Shown here: positions 10,098 through 24,230 of the stretch, piece after piece
Position numbering within the stretch: position 1 is the stretch's first letter
Layout: each line of letters starts with the position of its first letter
DNA from: Gammaproteobacteria bacterium
GTDB taxonomy: Bacteria; Pseudomonadota; Gammaproteobacteria; Legionellales; Legionellaceae
DNA length: 64,000 nucleotides
Reading direction: 5' to 3'
NCBI GenBank assembly: GCA_024742995.1
Contig: JANSXK010000002.1
Span: 198,232 to 262,231 of the forward strand
The notes under the pieces: model-generated
What the model saw: only the letters and a program-made list of their open reading frames with translations
The model's database searches: none
What the model was told of the DNA's origin: nothing
Position numbers and translations under genes: made by a program

Positions 10098-10556
10098 TTG
10101 CCTATTTTGTTGGATGTGGGTACCAATAACCAAGAGCGCACTCAAGATCCATTGTATATTGGTTGGAAGCATGAATGGATTCGAGGCCAAGACTACGATG
10201 ATTTTATAGCGGCTTTTGTCGCGGCGGTTAAAAAACATTTTCTTCATATTTTATTACAGTGGGAAGATTTTGCGCAACAAAATGCAAACCCAATTTTAGA
10301 AAAATATCGAGATCAACTGTGTACGTTTAATGATGATATCCAAGGGACTGCGGCTATTGCGACAGCGACGTTACTTTCTGCTGTGCAAGTAACAGGCACA
10401 GGGTTGATTCATCATAAAATTGCTGTGTTAGGCAGTGGTTCCGCGGGTTGTGGTATCAGTAATTTAATCGTAACTGTGATGGTTCATGATGGCCTGTCTG
10501 AAGCGGAGGCATTGTTTTTTCCGTCTCAAAACGAATCCCATTCGGAGATGAAATGA
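10098..10556 (+). pseudogene. Internal fragment of NAD(P)-dependent malic enzyme
   Basis: LDVGTNNQE..DPLYIGWKHEWIRGQDYDDF...LQWEDFAQQNA..LEKYRDQLCTFNDDIQGTAAIA..AVLGSGSAGCGI matches the central region and start of the NAD domain of malic enzymes. The N- and C-terminal parts are missing, and it abuts the decarboxylase remnant. Confidence 0.75.
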
Positions 10557-10969
10557 GGAGTCAAGGACTCGAAGACCGAACCAATTGAGTTCATAATTGT
10601 TGGGATGTATCATCAATGAATTTTAAGTATTTAACGCATTTACATGGCGCAGTAAAATGTGGGTGGCAGTTAAGAGAACGACATGAGATAAGTTAAGCGA
10701 TATCGCTGTCATAATGGGTATTGTTATCAATTATCGTATTAATTTTCTTACAGTTAATGTTAAACTCAGCGATGCAAAAAAATAAAATATATATATAAAA
10801 TCAATGGCGTAAATTTAAAGTGCCGAGATTGGAACCAACGTGTCAGTGATTCGAAAGTCGCCGAGTGCACCATTAAATTTTCGAATGTGCGTTTGCACTC
10901 TCTGTTTTATGGGAAAGATCCAGGCCGCACTCATTTTTGAGTTTTGCGAAACTCTGGTTTTTCAAGGAA

Positions 10970-11548
10970 ATGATGATGCCTTTTAATAAAATACACGAAT
11001 GGCTGGAGAGCGAGCGCTCATTAGGAATTTCAGAACCCGAATCTGCAATTTTATCTACTGCTTCAAAAAATACGCCTCATAGCCGTGTTGTAGCAATTCG
11101 TGAAATCAAGGACGAAAGCGCCGTTTTTTTTACATCGAGTAAAACAAGAAAAGTAGACGAATTATTGAATAACCCCACGACTACAATTAACTTTTGGCTC
11201 TCAGTGCAAAAAAGACAAATTATTTTGGAAGGAAAGACATATCCTTTGATGCAAGAGGAAAATGAACAGTATTGGAGTACATTATCTCGAGATAGACAAT
11301 TACGCTTTTCTGTATACGCACCTTTTTCAGGTCGAGAAATTGGTAATGTAAGTGAACTAGAAAACATGAGAGAAGCTTTATTTCAGAATTCTATTGATCA
11401 AAATATTCCTAGGAGTGAGTTTTATATGGGGTTTCGTTTCATACCAGAAACAATTATTTTTTACACATTGATAAAGGATGGTTTTTCTGAAGTTGTGCGA
11501 TTTACAAAAGAAAATGACTACTGGAGACAGCAACAGCTGTCACCTTAG
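10970..11548 (+). CDS. Pyridoxamine 5'-phosphate oxidase-family (PdxH/PhzG-like) FMN protein
   Basis: Length and pattern fit the PNPOx fold (..PHSRVVAIREI..FFTSSKTRKVDEL..NP....NFWL..RQIILEGK...YW..). Three consecutive ATGs at 10970/10973/10976 follow an AAGGA box, so the exact start is uncertain. Confidence 0.65.
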   Translation: MMMPFNKIHEWLESERSLGISEPESAILSTASKNTPHSRVVAIREIKDESAVFFTSSKTRKVDELLNNPTTTINFWLSVQKRQIILEGKTYPLMQEENEQYWSTLSRDRQLRFSVYAPFSGREIGNVSELENMREALFQNSIDQNIPRSEFYMGFRFIPETIIFYTLIKDGFSEVVRFTKENDYWRQQQLSP

Positions 11549-11792
11549 TGAGAAAGAGCTCGACAGTTTAGACCTCTTCCGTTGTTGCAGGCACAATATT
11601 TTTGGTGCTGAGCAAAGTATGTCGCTGCCTTTTTTAGGATTTCTTTTTCCTCCTTTGCGATAGCGAATTCCTTTGTGTATCTTCTTGTTGTCCTGCTCAT
11701 CTTTTCACGCCTCTTTGCTTTTTTGTTGTTTTAACAAATTAGCGTCTGCTTTTCTGGTGCAAGATCATGATGCGCCCTGGTCATAAACAGGT

Positions 11793-13244
11793 TCACAACA
11801 TTAAAAAATAAGGATACAGATCAGAGAAGTGTCGGAGGCGCAGTGTGTCTTTGCAGCAGGGTCTTTTCTCAACCTGATATCCATATCCTACTGCGAGATC
11901 TTCGTAGAGATGGATGATGGACAAGGTTTGTTCTATTTTATGTTCGTTTACGACAATTTTGATTTCATTTAAATGGATTTTTTTCTGTAAGAGATCAAGG
12001 TAACTACTGATACCCTGCCGATAAAGACTTTGATGTAAATCATACGCGTGGCGCACTGCCTCTTTCGCTGCCACTGTTTTATCCAGTCGTTCAGTTTGGT
12101 AACGATGAGCCGCTAGATCGGTATCAACGTCACGCAATGCTTTACGTAAGGTATTAATATACCGGTAATACGTTGCTTTCGATTCGCCACGGGCACGATC
12201 TAATTCTCCAAAAGAGGAAAGTGTGATCAACGGTTGAGATAGGATGGCTTGATTAAAGTAGATGGGCATGCCTAAGGTATGGCCATTGGGAATGGTGGCA
12301 ATATCCCCTCGCGCGATACCCAATTGAAATTCGGGGAGAAACTTACTCAGTGCAACACCAATACCGGAACGGTGTGCTTTTAATTCATTTCTAGCGGCGA
12401 CCATATCAGGACGATGTTCGATGACGGCTAAGGGTAGAGAATCAACAACCATATGATGGCTATCGATGCTAGCAAAAGATTTTTTAAATACAAAAGGATG
12501 TGGGTTTTGGTTGATCAGATAACGTAATGCATTTTGTGTGGCGACCAGGTTTTTTTTCATCACGCGTTCTTCTGCCTGCACCAAATCCAACTCGGCTTTT
12601 GTACGATTCACATCGATATTCGTGGTTAAGCCTTGGGCGTAAGTTTCCTTGTAGATATGTAGTGTTTCTGCCAACTCTTGTTCTATTGCTTCTAATAACT
12701 CTAAGCGTTCTTTTTGTGCCAAATGACTATAGTACGAACTTGTAATTGCGGCAATGACAGTTAATTTCACCCCATTCCGCATGGCCTTGGTTACTTTTAA
12801 GTCATAATAAGCGCGTTGTTGTGATTTGATTTGATTAAAAATATTCACCATATACAGTGGGATGCTGATGGTTGCTAATACCCCGGGATATCCCAAATAA
12901 GGAAACGAAGAAAAACCCAAATTACTATTGATACTGGGGATCCAATTTAATTCGACGCGTTTCAATTCTCCTTGCGCTGATTCAATATTTGCCATGGCAA
13001 TGCGGATATCATTATTATTTTTTAAGCCTTGCCGAACCAATTTGTTTAAGTCTGGATCGTGGTATTGGCGCCACCATGCGAGACAACGTGCATCGGTAAC
13101 TGGGCGCGTCACGAAAGGATCTTGGGTCGACCATTTTTTAGGAATTTCTACGGGTTGTTTTAGCGAAAACTCGCGATCAAGTGAGCATGCGGTAAATGCA
13201 AGCAGGGGTAGTAACCATCCAATTTTCAACCATCGTGCAATCAT
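11793..13244 (-). CDS. Outer-membrane efflux lipoprotein (TolC/NodT family)
   Basis: 483 aa. Lipobox LLAFTAC, two OEP-type repeats and an ending ..AVGYGYQ. It is the last gene of the efflux operon. Confidence 0.85.
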   Translation of the reverse strand: MIARWLKIGWLLPLLAFTACSLDREFSLKQPVEIPKKWSTQDPFVTRPVTDARCLAWWRQYHDPDLNKLVRQGLKNNNDIRIAMANIESAQGELKRVELNWIPSINSNLGFSSFPYLGYPGVLATISIPLYMVNIFNQIKSQQRAYYDLKVTKAMRNGVKLTVIAAITSSYYSHLAQKERLELLEAIEQELAETLHIYKETYAQGLTTNIDVNRTKAELDLVQAEERVMKKNLVATQNALRYLINQNPHPFVFKKSFASIDSHHMVVDSLPLAVIEHRPDMVAARNELKAHRSGIGVALSKFLPEFQLGIARGDIATIPNGHTLGMPIYFNQAILSQPLITLSSFGELDRARGESKATYYRYINTLRKALRDVDTDLAAHRYQTERLDKTVAAKEAVRHAYDLHQSLYRQGISSYLDLLQKKIHLNEIKIVVNEHKIEQTLSIIHLYEDLAVGYGYQVEKRPCCKDTLRLRHFSDLYPYFLML

Positions 13245-14110
13245 CGTTCATCCAGGGGTAAATACTGTTTTAACTTCGCCAACATCGTTTGAATAGAATT
13301 GCTTAAAGCATCTATAGAGTTTGGAGATAATATGAATAATAACCGAATATCATGCAAGGTTTTACTGACCAGTGCATGAAAATCATCGACATGATGCAAG
13401 CCATGTTCTAAGTTCACGTCATGTGTGGCCGTTTGCTCAAATGTATGTAATGCATTGATTTTAACTCGACAAGCAGCACTACCACGTAAAAATTTATTTT
13501 GTTTGGGCGGAAAATTCGTTGCAGTTTTATATAAGTGCTCTAATTCTTCGATGATGCTTTTTTGCAAATCAAAATAAAATTTTTCGGTGAGATTGCTGTT
13601 TTTGAAAATCCATCCTTCAAATATATAACAAATAAAAAAAGCTACGGTGGTTGCTCTTAAATAATCAAAGAAAAAATAGTAAGTGTCATAATCTTTGGGA
13701 TCAAAATAGGCGGTGCCAAGGAAGGTTAAGGTGACCGTGAAAATCGTAGGGTAGGAGTAAAATTTGTTTAAAGAAAAAAACGAGAAAAAAACCACGAGAG
13801 GGATAATCACGAGTATCAAGCGATAATCAAGCAGGCAGAGCAACCATATGAAGTAGGATAATAGTAGTCCTTGCAGGGTTCCCCAAAAACGCAGCAAGGT
13901 TCGATGGATGCTTGCGCCCGAATCAAATCCAACATAAATCATCATCACGACAAAGCCGATCCAGCCTGCGCGATTTAAGTTTAAAAGACGCTCAAGACAT
14001 AGTGTTGTGACAAACACAATGCAAATTTGTAAGGCTCTTGTCGTTCGATACTCAGATATGTGTGACACAGTGATTCCAAGAAAGAATGATCTTTTGTACC
14101 ATGTTGTCAT
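13241..14110 (-). CDS. FUSC (fusaric-acid-resistance/AaeB-like) efflux protein, second half
   Basis: 289 aa. RALQICIVFVTTLCLERLLNLNRAGWIGFVVMM..GASIHRTLLRFWGTLQG is typical of the FUSC domain. It overlaps the upstream ORF by 59 nt in another frame. Confidence 0.7.
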   Translation of the reverse strand: MTTWYKRSFFLGITVSHISEYRTTRALQICIVFVTTLCLERLLNLNRAGWIGFVVMMIYVGFDSGASIHRTLLRFWGTLQGLLLSYFIWLLCLLDYRLILVIIPLVVFFSFFSLNKFYSYPTIFTVTLTFLGTAYFDPKDYDTYYFFFDYLRATTVAFFICYIFEGWIFKNSNLTEKFYFDLQKSIIEELEHLYKTATNFPPKQNKFLRGSAACRVKINALHTFEQTATHDVNLEHGLHHVDDFHALVSKTLHDIRLLFILSPNSIDALSNSIQTMLAKLKQYLPLDER

Positions 14111-14957
14111 GATCCTCTACCACAATACAAGGTTGTTCATCCTCAATGGCTGTTAGGAGCTGGCGCAGATAGTGCACAATGTCTTGGAATTGTTTTTGGG
14201 TAAAAATGGGTACAGGGGTCTCTGAGACGCAACTCATGAGATATAGTTCGTGAATGAGCAGTGTTATTTTTAAGATGGAAAAGGTCGGAAATTTATAAGG
14301 CAGCATATTGGCGTACATTCTTAAGTTCACAATATATGCTGGAATATCTGTCACATTTGTTTGCCCGTTTTGCAGAATTAGAAAATTTTTTAAGCAGAGG
14401 TCTACCACTTTATGTAGTGTTCTCAGCCAAATACGATAATGAAAACTTAAGGGAAACAACACCAATGCGCCCAAGATGATGAACATGGCGATCAAGGTGG
14501 TGACTCCATTATTTAAAATGGCCCAGGGAGAACCATTAACCACCCGATAATTGAGCGAATATGAAACCAAGCTTAAAATAATGGGTACCCAAAATAATTG
14601 ATTGGGCTTTTTCATTATATATTTGTACAACAAAAAAGTGATCACAAAAGCGCAAAACAAAAACAGCATCGGGATTGAGAACAGTAGATTCAAAATCATG
14701 ATGATCACAATCGTTCCTAAGGTGACACCAATAAAAAAAGTATATCGCTCAGGTAAACTTGTGCCTTGAATCTCTGCTGTCATTGCCGTCAGTGGAACGT
14801 AAAAAAAGTAGAAATATGAATTGGGAATATCGAGCAGGCCATTGAAAGCAAATAAGATCATTAAGATATAGACAATTTTGATGCCATGCACTTGAAAAAT
14901 TCCCAAGGGATCATAGTTGTCAACCGTGCGTATGAGCTTTGAGATAAACATAAGCAC
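14052..14957 (-). CDS. FUSC/AaeB-like efflux protein, first half (membrane domain)
   Basis: 301 aa with multiple hydrophobic segments followed by a soluble tail. Position and orientation fit an AaeB-like pump split into two ORFs. Confidence 0.6.
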   Translation of the reverse strand: MLMFISKLIRTVDNYDPLGIFQVHGIKIVYILMILFAFNGLLDIPNSYFYFFYVPLTAMTAEIQGTSLPERYTFFIGVTLGTIVIIMILNLLFSIPMLFLFCAFVITFLLYKYIMKKPNQLFWVPIILSLVSYSLNYRVVNGSPWAILNNGVTTLIAMFIILGALVLFPLSFHYRIWLRTLHKVVDLCLKNFLILQNGQTNVTDIPAYIVNLRMYANMLPYKFPTFSILKITLLIHELYLMSCVSETPVPIFTQKQFQDIVHYLRQLLTAIEDEQPCIVVEDHDNMVQKIILSWNHCVTHI

Positions 14958-15930
14958 TTGCTCCTGGGTGCAGCGGAAACTTGGGATCAGGATCTATGAT
15001 TTCAATTTGTAGGGGTAATCTTTGCGGAATCAATAGCCATTCATTTTCGTTTTTAACAAGTTGCTGCTGACTGCGAGAGGCTGTTTTTTGTCTATCTGCG
15101 GCCCAGATATGATTGACGATTCTGCCGTGATATATCTTGTGAAAATAATACATTCTAAGGAAAACAATGGCTTCGTCCCCAGGGCGTATGCGTCGCAAAT
15201 CGGTTTCATCAAAATTTGCTTGTATCCACCAATGCGAGGTATCTACAAATGAAAACAAGGGCTTATGAATTTTGACGGGGGTGCCGTTTGAGATGTACAT
15301 ATTGTCAGCGTAACCATCGCTGGGGGCGGGAATGATCGTCAAGTTTAAATTCACTTGAGCATTGTTCATGGCTGCTTTTAAGGCATTGACTTTTTTATGT
15401 TGCTTTACGATTTCTTGATCTTCGATGGCAATTTGTTTTTTTAAGGCATCACGTTTTTTTTCTGCGGCTTGCAAGCCATAGCGTAATTCTCTAATTTCTA
15501 ATAAAGGCACAGCTTGGCGCACGGTTTGACTGTCTTTAAACCGGTAACGAATTTTTGCTTTTTCATAGTCATAATTTGCGGCAGCTAGTAAATCACGGGT
15601 TTTTTTTGTTTCTTTCTCAATGACAATGATTTTTTCCTGCGCTTCTTCATATTTTGCTTTGGCGTAATCGTAAGCCAATTGGTATGGTTTGGGGTAGATT
15701 TGAATGAGAGGCGCCCCTTTTTTTACGGGTTCGCCGTTTTTAACATAGATCTTACTGACAAACCCCGACACATCGGCAGCCACAGGCATGGTGTTGGTGG
15801 CAACAAAGGCATTGTTCGTAAATGGAATGAAATAAGAAAACCAATGATAAATACCGATTGCTAACCCGATAGAAATGACAATCACAGGCAAATTGGCTTC
15901 TGATTTTATCCATTTGATGACGGGCAGCAT
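14920..15930 (-). CDS. HlyD/EmrA/AaeA-family membrane fusion protein
   Basis: 336 aa with an N-terminal anchor, a lipoyl-like motif (VAADVSGFVSKIYVKNGEPVKKGAPLIQI), a coiled-coil hairpin and a beta-barrel. Confidence 0.85.
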   Translation of the reverse strand: MLPVIKWIKSEANLPVIVISIGLAIGIYHWFSYFIPFTNNAFVATNTMPVAADVSGFVSKIYVKNGEPVKKGAPLIQIYPKPYQLAYDYAKAKYEEAQEKIIVIEKETKKTRDLLAAANYDYEKAKIRYRFKDSQTVRQAVPLLEIRELRYGLQAAEKKRDALKKQIAIEDQEIVKQHKKVNALKAAMNNAQVNLNLTIIPAPSDGYADNMYISNGTPVKIHKPLFSFVDTSHWWIQANFDETDLRRIRPGDEAIVFLRMYYFHKIYHGRIVNHIWAADRQKTASRSQQQLVKNENEWLLIPQRLPLQIEIIDPDPKFPLHPGASAYVYLKAHTHG

Positions 15931-16040
15931 GGCTTATTTCAGTGATAGAGAAGTCTTATTTGTGCCATGTAAGGACTAGGATGTCAATATTGAAGTTTTT
16001 CATTAGGCTGGGGTAAAATCCCGATACCGAGGGCTAGGAA

Positions 16041-16982
16041 TTAAGGTACGTGCTTTGGGTTTATTGGTTTATTTTTATCAGAATCAGAACCTTTGATTTT
16101 AGATAAGCCGTCCTTAATTTCAATGACTTTTGTTTGAACCTCCAAGGCACGTTTCTCCGAGCCTTTTACCGCCCTCAAAAACAAATAGTCATTACCGTTG
16201 GTTATTGCCAATTGAATAGCACCACAGATTGCTGGGACAATCATCAAGCTGAGTAGCACTGAATATAAGATAGGTTTGGATGCTCTATTTTGAGCAAGGA
16301 TTTCCAGACACACTTTATTTGTTTCAAGATAATCATCGAATGCATGTTCTTGTCCCGCATTATATTTTGATATGCGTCCTTTAGTGTCAGCGATAAACGA
16401 GTCAATTTGAGCCACTTTATCTTTGGCTAAGGTATCTTTGGAATCTTTCGTTAGTGTTAATTTATATTTCTCTAAGGCTGCAATATAGTCTTCCACATCT
16501 TTAAAAGGGTTATACTGCTCGATTATGGGTCCTCGCTGAGGATTATTGAGTCGAGACTTGATTGTATGCAACTCTCTTTGCACCACCTTCAAGTGCACCT
16601 TATAAAAGCGGTCTTCTTGCTTGTAAATTTGACCAAAATCTACCGGAAATATTGTATCGTCTTTGCCAGCAATAAAATTTCTTTTATCACGGCAATCTAC
16701 CATAATAAATCCATTTTGCAGCATTGCTTCACAAACAGCTAAGCGTTCCTTGTCATTAGGATGGGACCCTTCAATATACGGCGTTGACAGTTTTCCATCG
16801 TCATTCACGAAGACTGTTGCATAAATTGTACCCTTATAGTAGTCATTCCATTTTATTGCTTGCTCTTGATAAGGTAATTCAAAAAAACTGGCGCCATTAG
16901 GATTTGGCACTTTTAAAACACGGTCACCTTCAACTTTGGTTAAATTATTGCTTCCTTGTTGAAGTGCTTTTTTACCTGGCAT
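16041..16982 (-). CDS. Hypothetical tail-anchored protein with protein-kinase-like motifs
   Basis: 313 aa. It carries RVLKVP, MVDCRDKRNF and PVDFGQ motifs (see finding) and a C-proximal hydrophobic segment PILYSVLLSLMIVPAICGAIQLAI. It is a monocistronic orphan between the efflux and atp operons. Confidence 0.5.
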   Translation of the reverse strand: MPGKKALQQGSNNLTKVEGDRVLKVPNPNGASFFELPYQEQAIKWNDYYKGTIYATVFVNDDGKLSTPYIEGSHPNDKERLAVCEAMLQNGFIMVDCRDKRNFIAGKDDTIFPVDFGQIYKQEDRFYKVHLKVVQRELHTIKSRLNNPQRGPIIEQYNPFKDVEDYIAALEKYKLTLTKDSKDTLAKDKVAQIDSFIADTKGRISKYNAGQEHAFDDYLETNKVCLEILAQNRASKPILYSVLLSLMIVPAICGAIQLAITNGNDYLFLRAVKGSEKRALEVQTKVIEIKDGLSKIKGSDSDKNKPINPKHVP

Positions 16983-17188
16983 GTCGTTTCCAATTTGTTA
17001 TTGCTAGCATTAACAATTATAGACCATAAAGAATATTTTCGAATACAACCTTGAGTAGTTGATAGTGATGCTGTGGTGCAGAGGTAAAAAAGGTGCTTGC
17101 ACGAAAATAGATTGCGGCTGTTTCTCGCATTTTTTCCGGATCTTAACAGATCTCTGCCCTTTGCTTGAAAAAAAGATGTTCATTTCGC

Positions 17189-17217
17189 TTGCAGGGGTTC
17201 CAGGATTATTTTATAAT
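17189..17217 (+). promoter_or_regulatory. Candidate sigma70 promoter of the atp operon
   Basis: TTGCAG (17189-17194), a 17-nt spacer, then TATAAT (17212-17217). It lies 27 nt upstream of the atpI TTG start, which has a GAGGA Shine-Dalgarno box. Confidence 0.4.
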
Positions 17218-17244
17218 TCGGTCCCGAAAAGATGAGGATATTCA

Positions 17245-17607
17245 TTGAATCACCCCAAGCATGTTTTGCGTAAACTCATGTTGATTGAGTTGATCACCTG
17301 TTTTGTGCTTATTGGTATCGCAGGTTTTTATGTGGGAGCGATGGGGGTGAGATCGGCTTCGTTGGCGGGGTTGGCGTATATTGTGCCTAATGGGTATCGA
17401 ACTTATCGGATGTTCCAATACCAAGGAGCACGAGCAGCGCGCTTGATTCTCAAAGGGTTTTATCAGGGAGAAGCGCTGAAATTTGGGTTGTCGGTTGTGA
17501 TGTTTGCCTTGATTTTTGCTGCAACCACAGTCAACCCAGTGATTTTTTTTGGGACATATATTGGGCTGCAATTGTTGGTTTGGTTTGCGCCATTACTTAT
17601 AAAATAG
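17245..17607 (+). CDS. atpI: ATP synthase protein I
   Basis: A small 120-aa four-helix membrane protein at the head of the atp operon. It has a TTG start with a GAGGA Shine-Dalgarno box 6 nt upstream. Confidence 0.75.
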   Translation: MNHPKHVLRKLMLIELITCFVLIGIAGFYVGAMGVRSASLAGLAYIVPNGYRTYRMFQYQGARAARLILKGFYQGEALKFGLSVVMFALIFAATTVNPVIFFGTYIGLQLLVWFAPLLIK

Positions 17608-17613
17608 GTTTAG

Positions 17614-18450
<837 letters not shown>

Positions 18451-18459
18451 GGGTTTTAA

Positions 18460-18759
<300 letters not shown>

Positions 18760-18788
18760 TTTTTTAATGAATTCACAGGAGATTTGCT

Positions 18789-19259
18789 TTGTCGATTAAT
18801 GTGACTTTGATCATACAAATGCTGGTATTTGCTTGTTTTGTATGGTTCACCATGAAGTTCGTTTGGCCGCTGTTGCAAAAAGCGTTGACTGAGCGACAAT
18901 CCAAAATCGCAGAAGGCTTGGCGGCAGCAGAACGCGGTCAGCGTGAGTTTGAATTGGCGCAGCATCGTATTGTTGACGAATTGAAAGAAGCCAAGCATCA
19001 GGCGAATGAAATCATTGAGAAAGCATCTTTACGCGCAGCTCAATTGGTGGAAGAAGCCAAAGAGGAAGCGAAGGTTCAAGCTGAACATGCAGCCAAAGTT
19101 GCGGCGGAACATTTGGTGCAAGAAGTGAATCGAGCACGCGCTGTGTTGCACAAAGAAGTGGGCAAACTAGCCGTGGTTGGTGCTGAAAAGATTTTGAAGC
19201 GTGAGATTGATGAGACATGCAATCGCGGATTGATTGATAATTTGATTGAAGAGATTTGA
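18789..19259 (+). CDS. atpF: F0 subunit b
   Basis: 156 aa with a single N-terminal TM segment followed by a long charged helix. TTG start after AGGAGA. Confidence 0.9.
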   Translation: MSINVTLIIQMLVFACFVWFTMKFVWPLLQKALTERQSKIAEGLAAAERGQREFELAQHRIVDELKEAKHQANEIIEKASLRAAQLVEEAKEEAKVQAEHAAKVAAEHLVQEVNRARAVLHKEVGKLAVVGAEKILKREIDETCNRGLIDNLIEEI

Positions 19260-19260
19260 T

Positions 19261-19812
19261 ATGGCGGACTTAACCTCTATTGCGAGACCCTATGCCAGAG
19301 CGGCGTTTGATTTTGCATTAGAACATCAACAAATCACTGCTTGGTCGGATGTGCTCGAGCGTATGGCGCAGATTGTCGTGGATCCTTTATGTGAGGCATT
19401 TATCACCAATCCTTCTGCGACACCGGAGCAGCACGGTCAATTGATGCTTGCAATGTTGCAGCACTTGAATACGGGTGAGGATATCAATCATATCCAGGCT
19501 TTTATTGAATTGTTGGCGCAGAACAAACGCTTGTTGGTGATACCGAGTATCGTCAAACAATTCCAAGAATTGCGTGCGGTGTATGAAAAAACATTGACGG
19601 TGGATGTCATCAGTTTCTCAGCGTTATCCAAAGAACAGTCTGAACAATTGGCTGAGCGATTGAGTCGTCGATTACAACGTGAGATTACCCTTGCTGTGGT
19701 GATTGACCCTTCCATTCTAGGAGGGATGATCGTCCACGCTGGAAATTTGGTTTTTGATGGTTCGGTACGAACCCAAATTGAGAATCTTGGTGCTGCATTG
19801 GCAGCAGCCTAG
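19261..19812 (+). CDS. atpH: F1 subunit delta
   Basis: MADLTSIARPYARAAFDFA is a typical OSCP/delta N-terminus. ATG 19261 is preferred over the track start at 19246. Confidence 0.9.
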   Translation: MADLTSIARPYARAAFDFALEHQQITAWSDVLERMAQIVVDPLCEAFITNPSATPEQHGQLMLAMLQHLNTGEDINHIQAFIELLAQNKRLLVIPSIVKQFQELRAVYEKTLTVDVISFSALSKEQSEQLAERLSRRLQREITLAVVIDPSILGGMIVHAGNLVFDGSVRTQIENLGAALAAA

Positions 19813-19834
19813 GTTATTTTGAGAGGAAAGATTC

Positions 19835-21385
19835 ATGGCACAGGTTGCATTAAATCCGTCAGAAATCAGTACGGAACTTAAAAAACAGATTGAGAAATTC
19901 AAAATTGCGGCACGTACGCAAGATGAAGGCATGATCACCAGTATCAAAGATGGGATTGCACGCTTACACGGTTTAAATGGTGTCATGCAAGGAGAAATGG
20001 TCGAATTTGATGGCGGTGTTTCCGGTTTGGCGTTGAATCTTGAGCGCGATTCAGTGGGTGTGGTGATTTTGGGTGATGGCAGTAGTTTATGCGAAGGCAT
20101 GATTGGTCGTTGTACCGGCCGCATTTTAGAGGTGCCTGTTGGACCCGCATTATTGGGTCGTGTGGTGGATCCCTTGGGTAACCCCATCGACGGTAAAGGC
20201 CCGATTAGGACAGATAGCTATTTGCCGATTGAGCGGATTGCACCGGGTGTTATTGAACGTCAATCTGTAGATGAACCAGTACAAACAGGTCTTAAAGCGA
20301 TTGATGCGATGGTGCCGATTGGTCGTGGCCAGCGTGAATTGATCATTGGCGATCGTCAAACAGGTAAATCTGCGATTGCGATTGATGCGATCATCAATCA
20401 AAAAGACACAGGCGTGATTTGCGTCTACGTGGCGATTGGGCAGAAAAATTCTTCCGTATCGTCCATTGTTCGTAAATTAGAAGAACATGATGCCTTGGCT
20501 CACACGATTGTCGTTGTTGCGGGTGCTGCAGATTCTGCGGCATTACAGTTTATTGCGCCATATTCTGGTTGTTCCATGGGTGAATATTTCATGGAGCGCG
20601 GTGAGAACGCATTGATTGTTTACGATGATTTGACCAAGCAAGCTTGGGCGTATCGACAAATTTCATTGTTATTGCGTCGTCCACCAGGTCGTGAAGCCTA
20701 TCCCGGAGATATTTTTTATCTGCACTCACGTTTATTGGAGCGTGCTGCTCGTATCAATGCAGAAGAAGTGGAGCGTTTGACCAACGGTGAAGTGAAAGGT
20801 AAAACAGGATCTTTAACGGCGTTGCCGATCATTGAAACGCAAGCTGGAGACGTTTCGGCCTTTGTACCGACCAACGTGATTTCGATTACCGATGGACAAA
20901 TTTTCTTGGACAATAATTTGTTCAACTCAGGCGTACGTCCGGCGATTAATTCAGGCTTGTCGGTATCTCGTGTGGGTGGTGCGGCACAAACAAAAATCAT
21001 GAAAAAGCTTGGTGGTGGTACACGTTTAGCACTAGCACAGTTTCGTGAACTGGAAGCATTTTCGCAATTTGCTTCGGATTTGGATGAGGCAACCCGCAAA
21101 CAATTAGAGCGTGGCCAACGCATTACCGAATTGATGAAGCAAAAACAATATGAACCGTTGTCCGTTGCAGAAATGGGCTTGTCGTTATACGCCATTGAAA
21201 AAGGGTTCATGGACGATGTGCCTGTTGCTGAAATCACAGCATTTGAAACGGCCTTGCGTGGCTTTATGCACAGCGAGCATGCAACATTGATGAAGCAAAT
21301 TGATGCTGATGGTGCGTATGATGATACGATTGATGCCAAGCTCAAGGCAGCATTGATTGACTTTAAACAAACTGGTAGCTGGTAG
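19835..21385 (+). CDS. atpA: F1 subunit alpha
   Basis: 516 aa with Walker A GDRQTGKS. Confidence 0.97.
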   Translation: MAQVALNPSEISTELKKQIEKFKIAARTQDEGMITSIKDGIARLHGLNGVMQGEMVEFDGGVSGLALNLERDSVGVVILGDGSSLCEGMIGRCTGRILEVPVGPALLGRVVDPLGNPIDGKGPIRTDSYLPIERIAPGVIERQSVDEPVQTGLKAIDAMVPIGRGQRELIIGDRQTGKSAIAIDAIINQKDTGVICVYVAIGQKNSSVSSIVRKLEEHDALAHTIVVVAGAADSAALQFIAPYSGCSMGEYFMERGENALIVYDDLTKQAWAYRQISLLLRRPPGREAYPGDIFYLHSRLLERAARINAEEVERLTNGEVKGKTGSLTALPIIETQAGDVSAFVPTNVISITDGQIFLDNNLFNSGVRPAINSGLSVSRVGGAAQTKIMKKLGGGTRLALAQFRELEAFSQFASDLDEATRKQLERGQRITELMKQKQYEPLSVAEMGLSLYAIEKGFMDDVPVAEITAFETALRGFMHSEHATLMKQIDADGAYDDTIDAKLKAALIDFKQTGSW

Positions 21386-21391
21386 ACGATT

Positions 21392-24107
<2,716 letters not shown>

Positions 24108-24230
24108 TGTTGTTCTGGGCGTAAAGTGAGTTGGTGATGCGCCTTGGTTTGTTTGATGTATTAGAAAGTACATAATGACTATGATACGATTTCGGTATAT
24201 TTTAACCTCATATTTGCTTGTACCATTACG

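Noticed and set aside
10820-10872. A tRNA-like 3' end (..gtgattcgaaagtcgccgagtgcacca, with a TTCGAA T-loop-like element and a terminal CCA), which could mark a tRNA gene or integration site.
   Set aside because: I could not fold a cloverleaf. No complementary 5' acceptor strand occurs within ~76 nt upstream, and the putative T-stem arms do not pair. At best it is a decayed fragment, which tRNAscan-SE or ARAGORN would settle.
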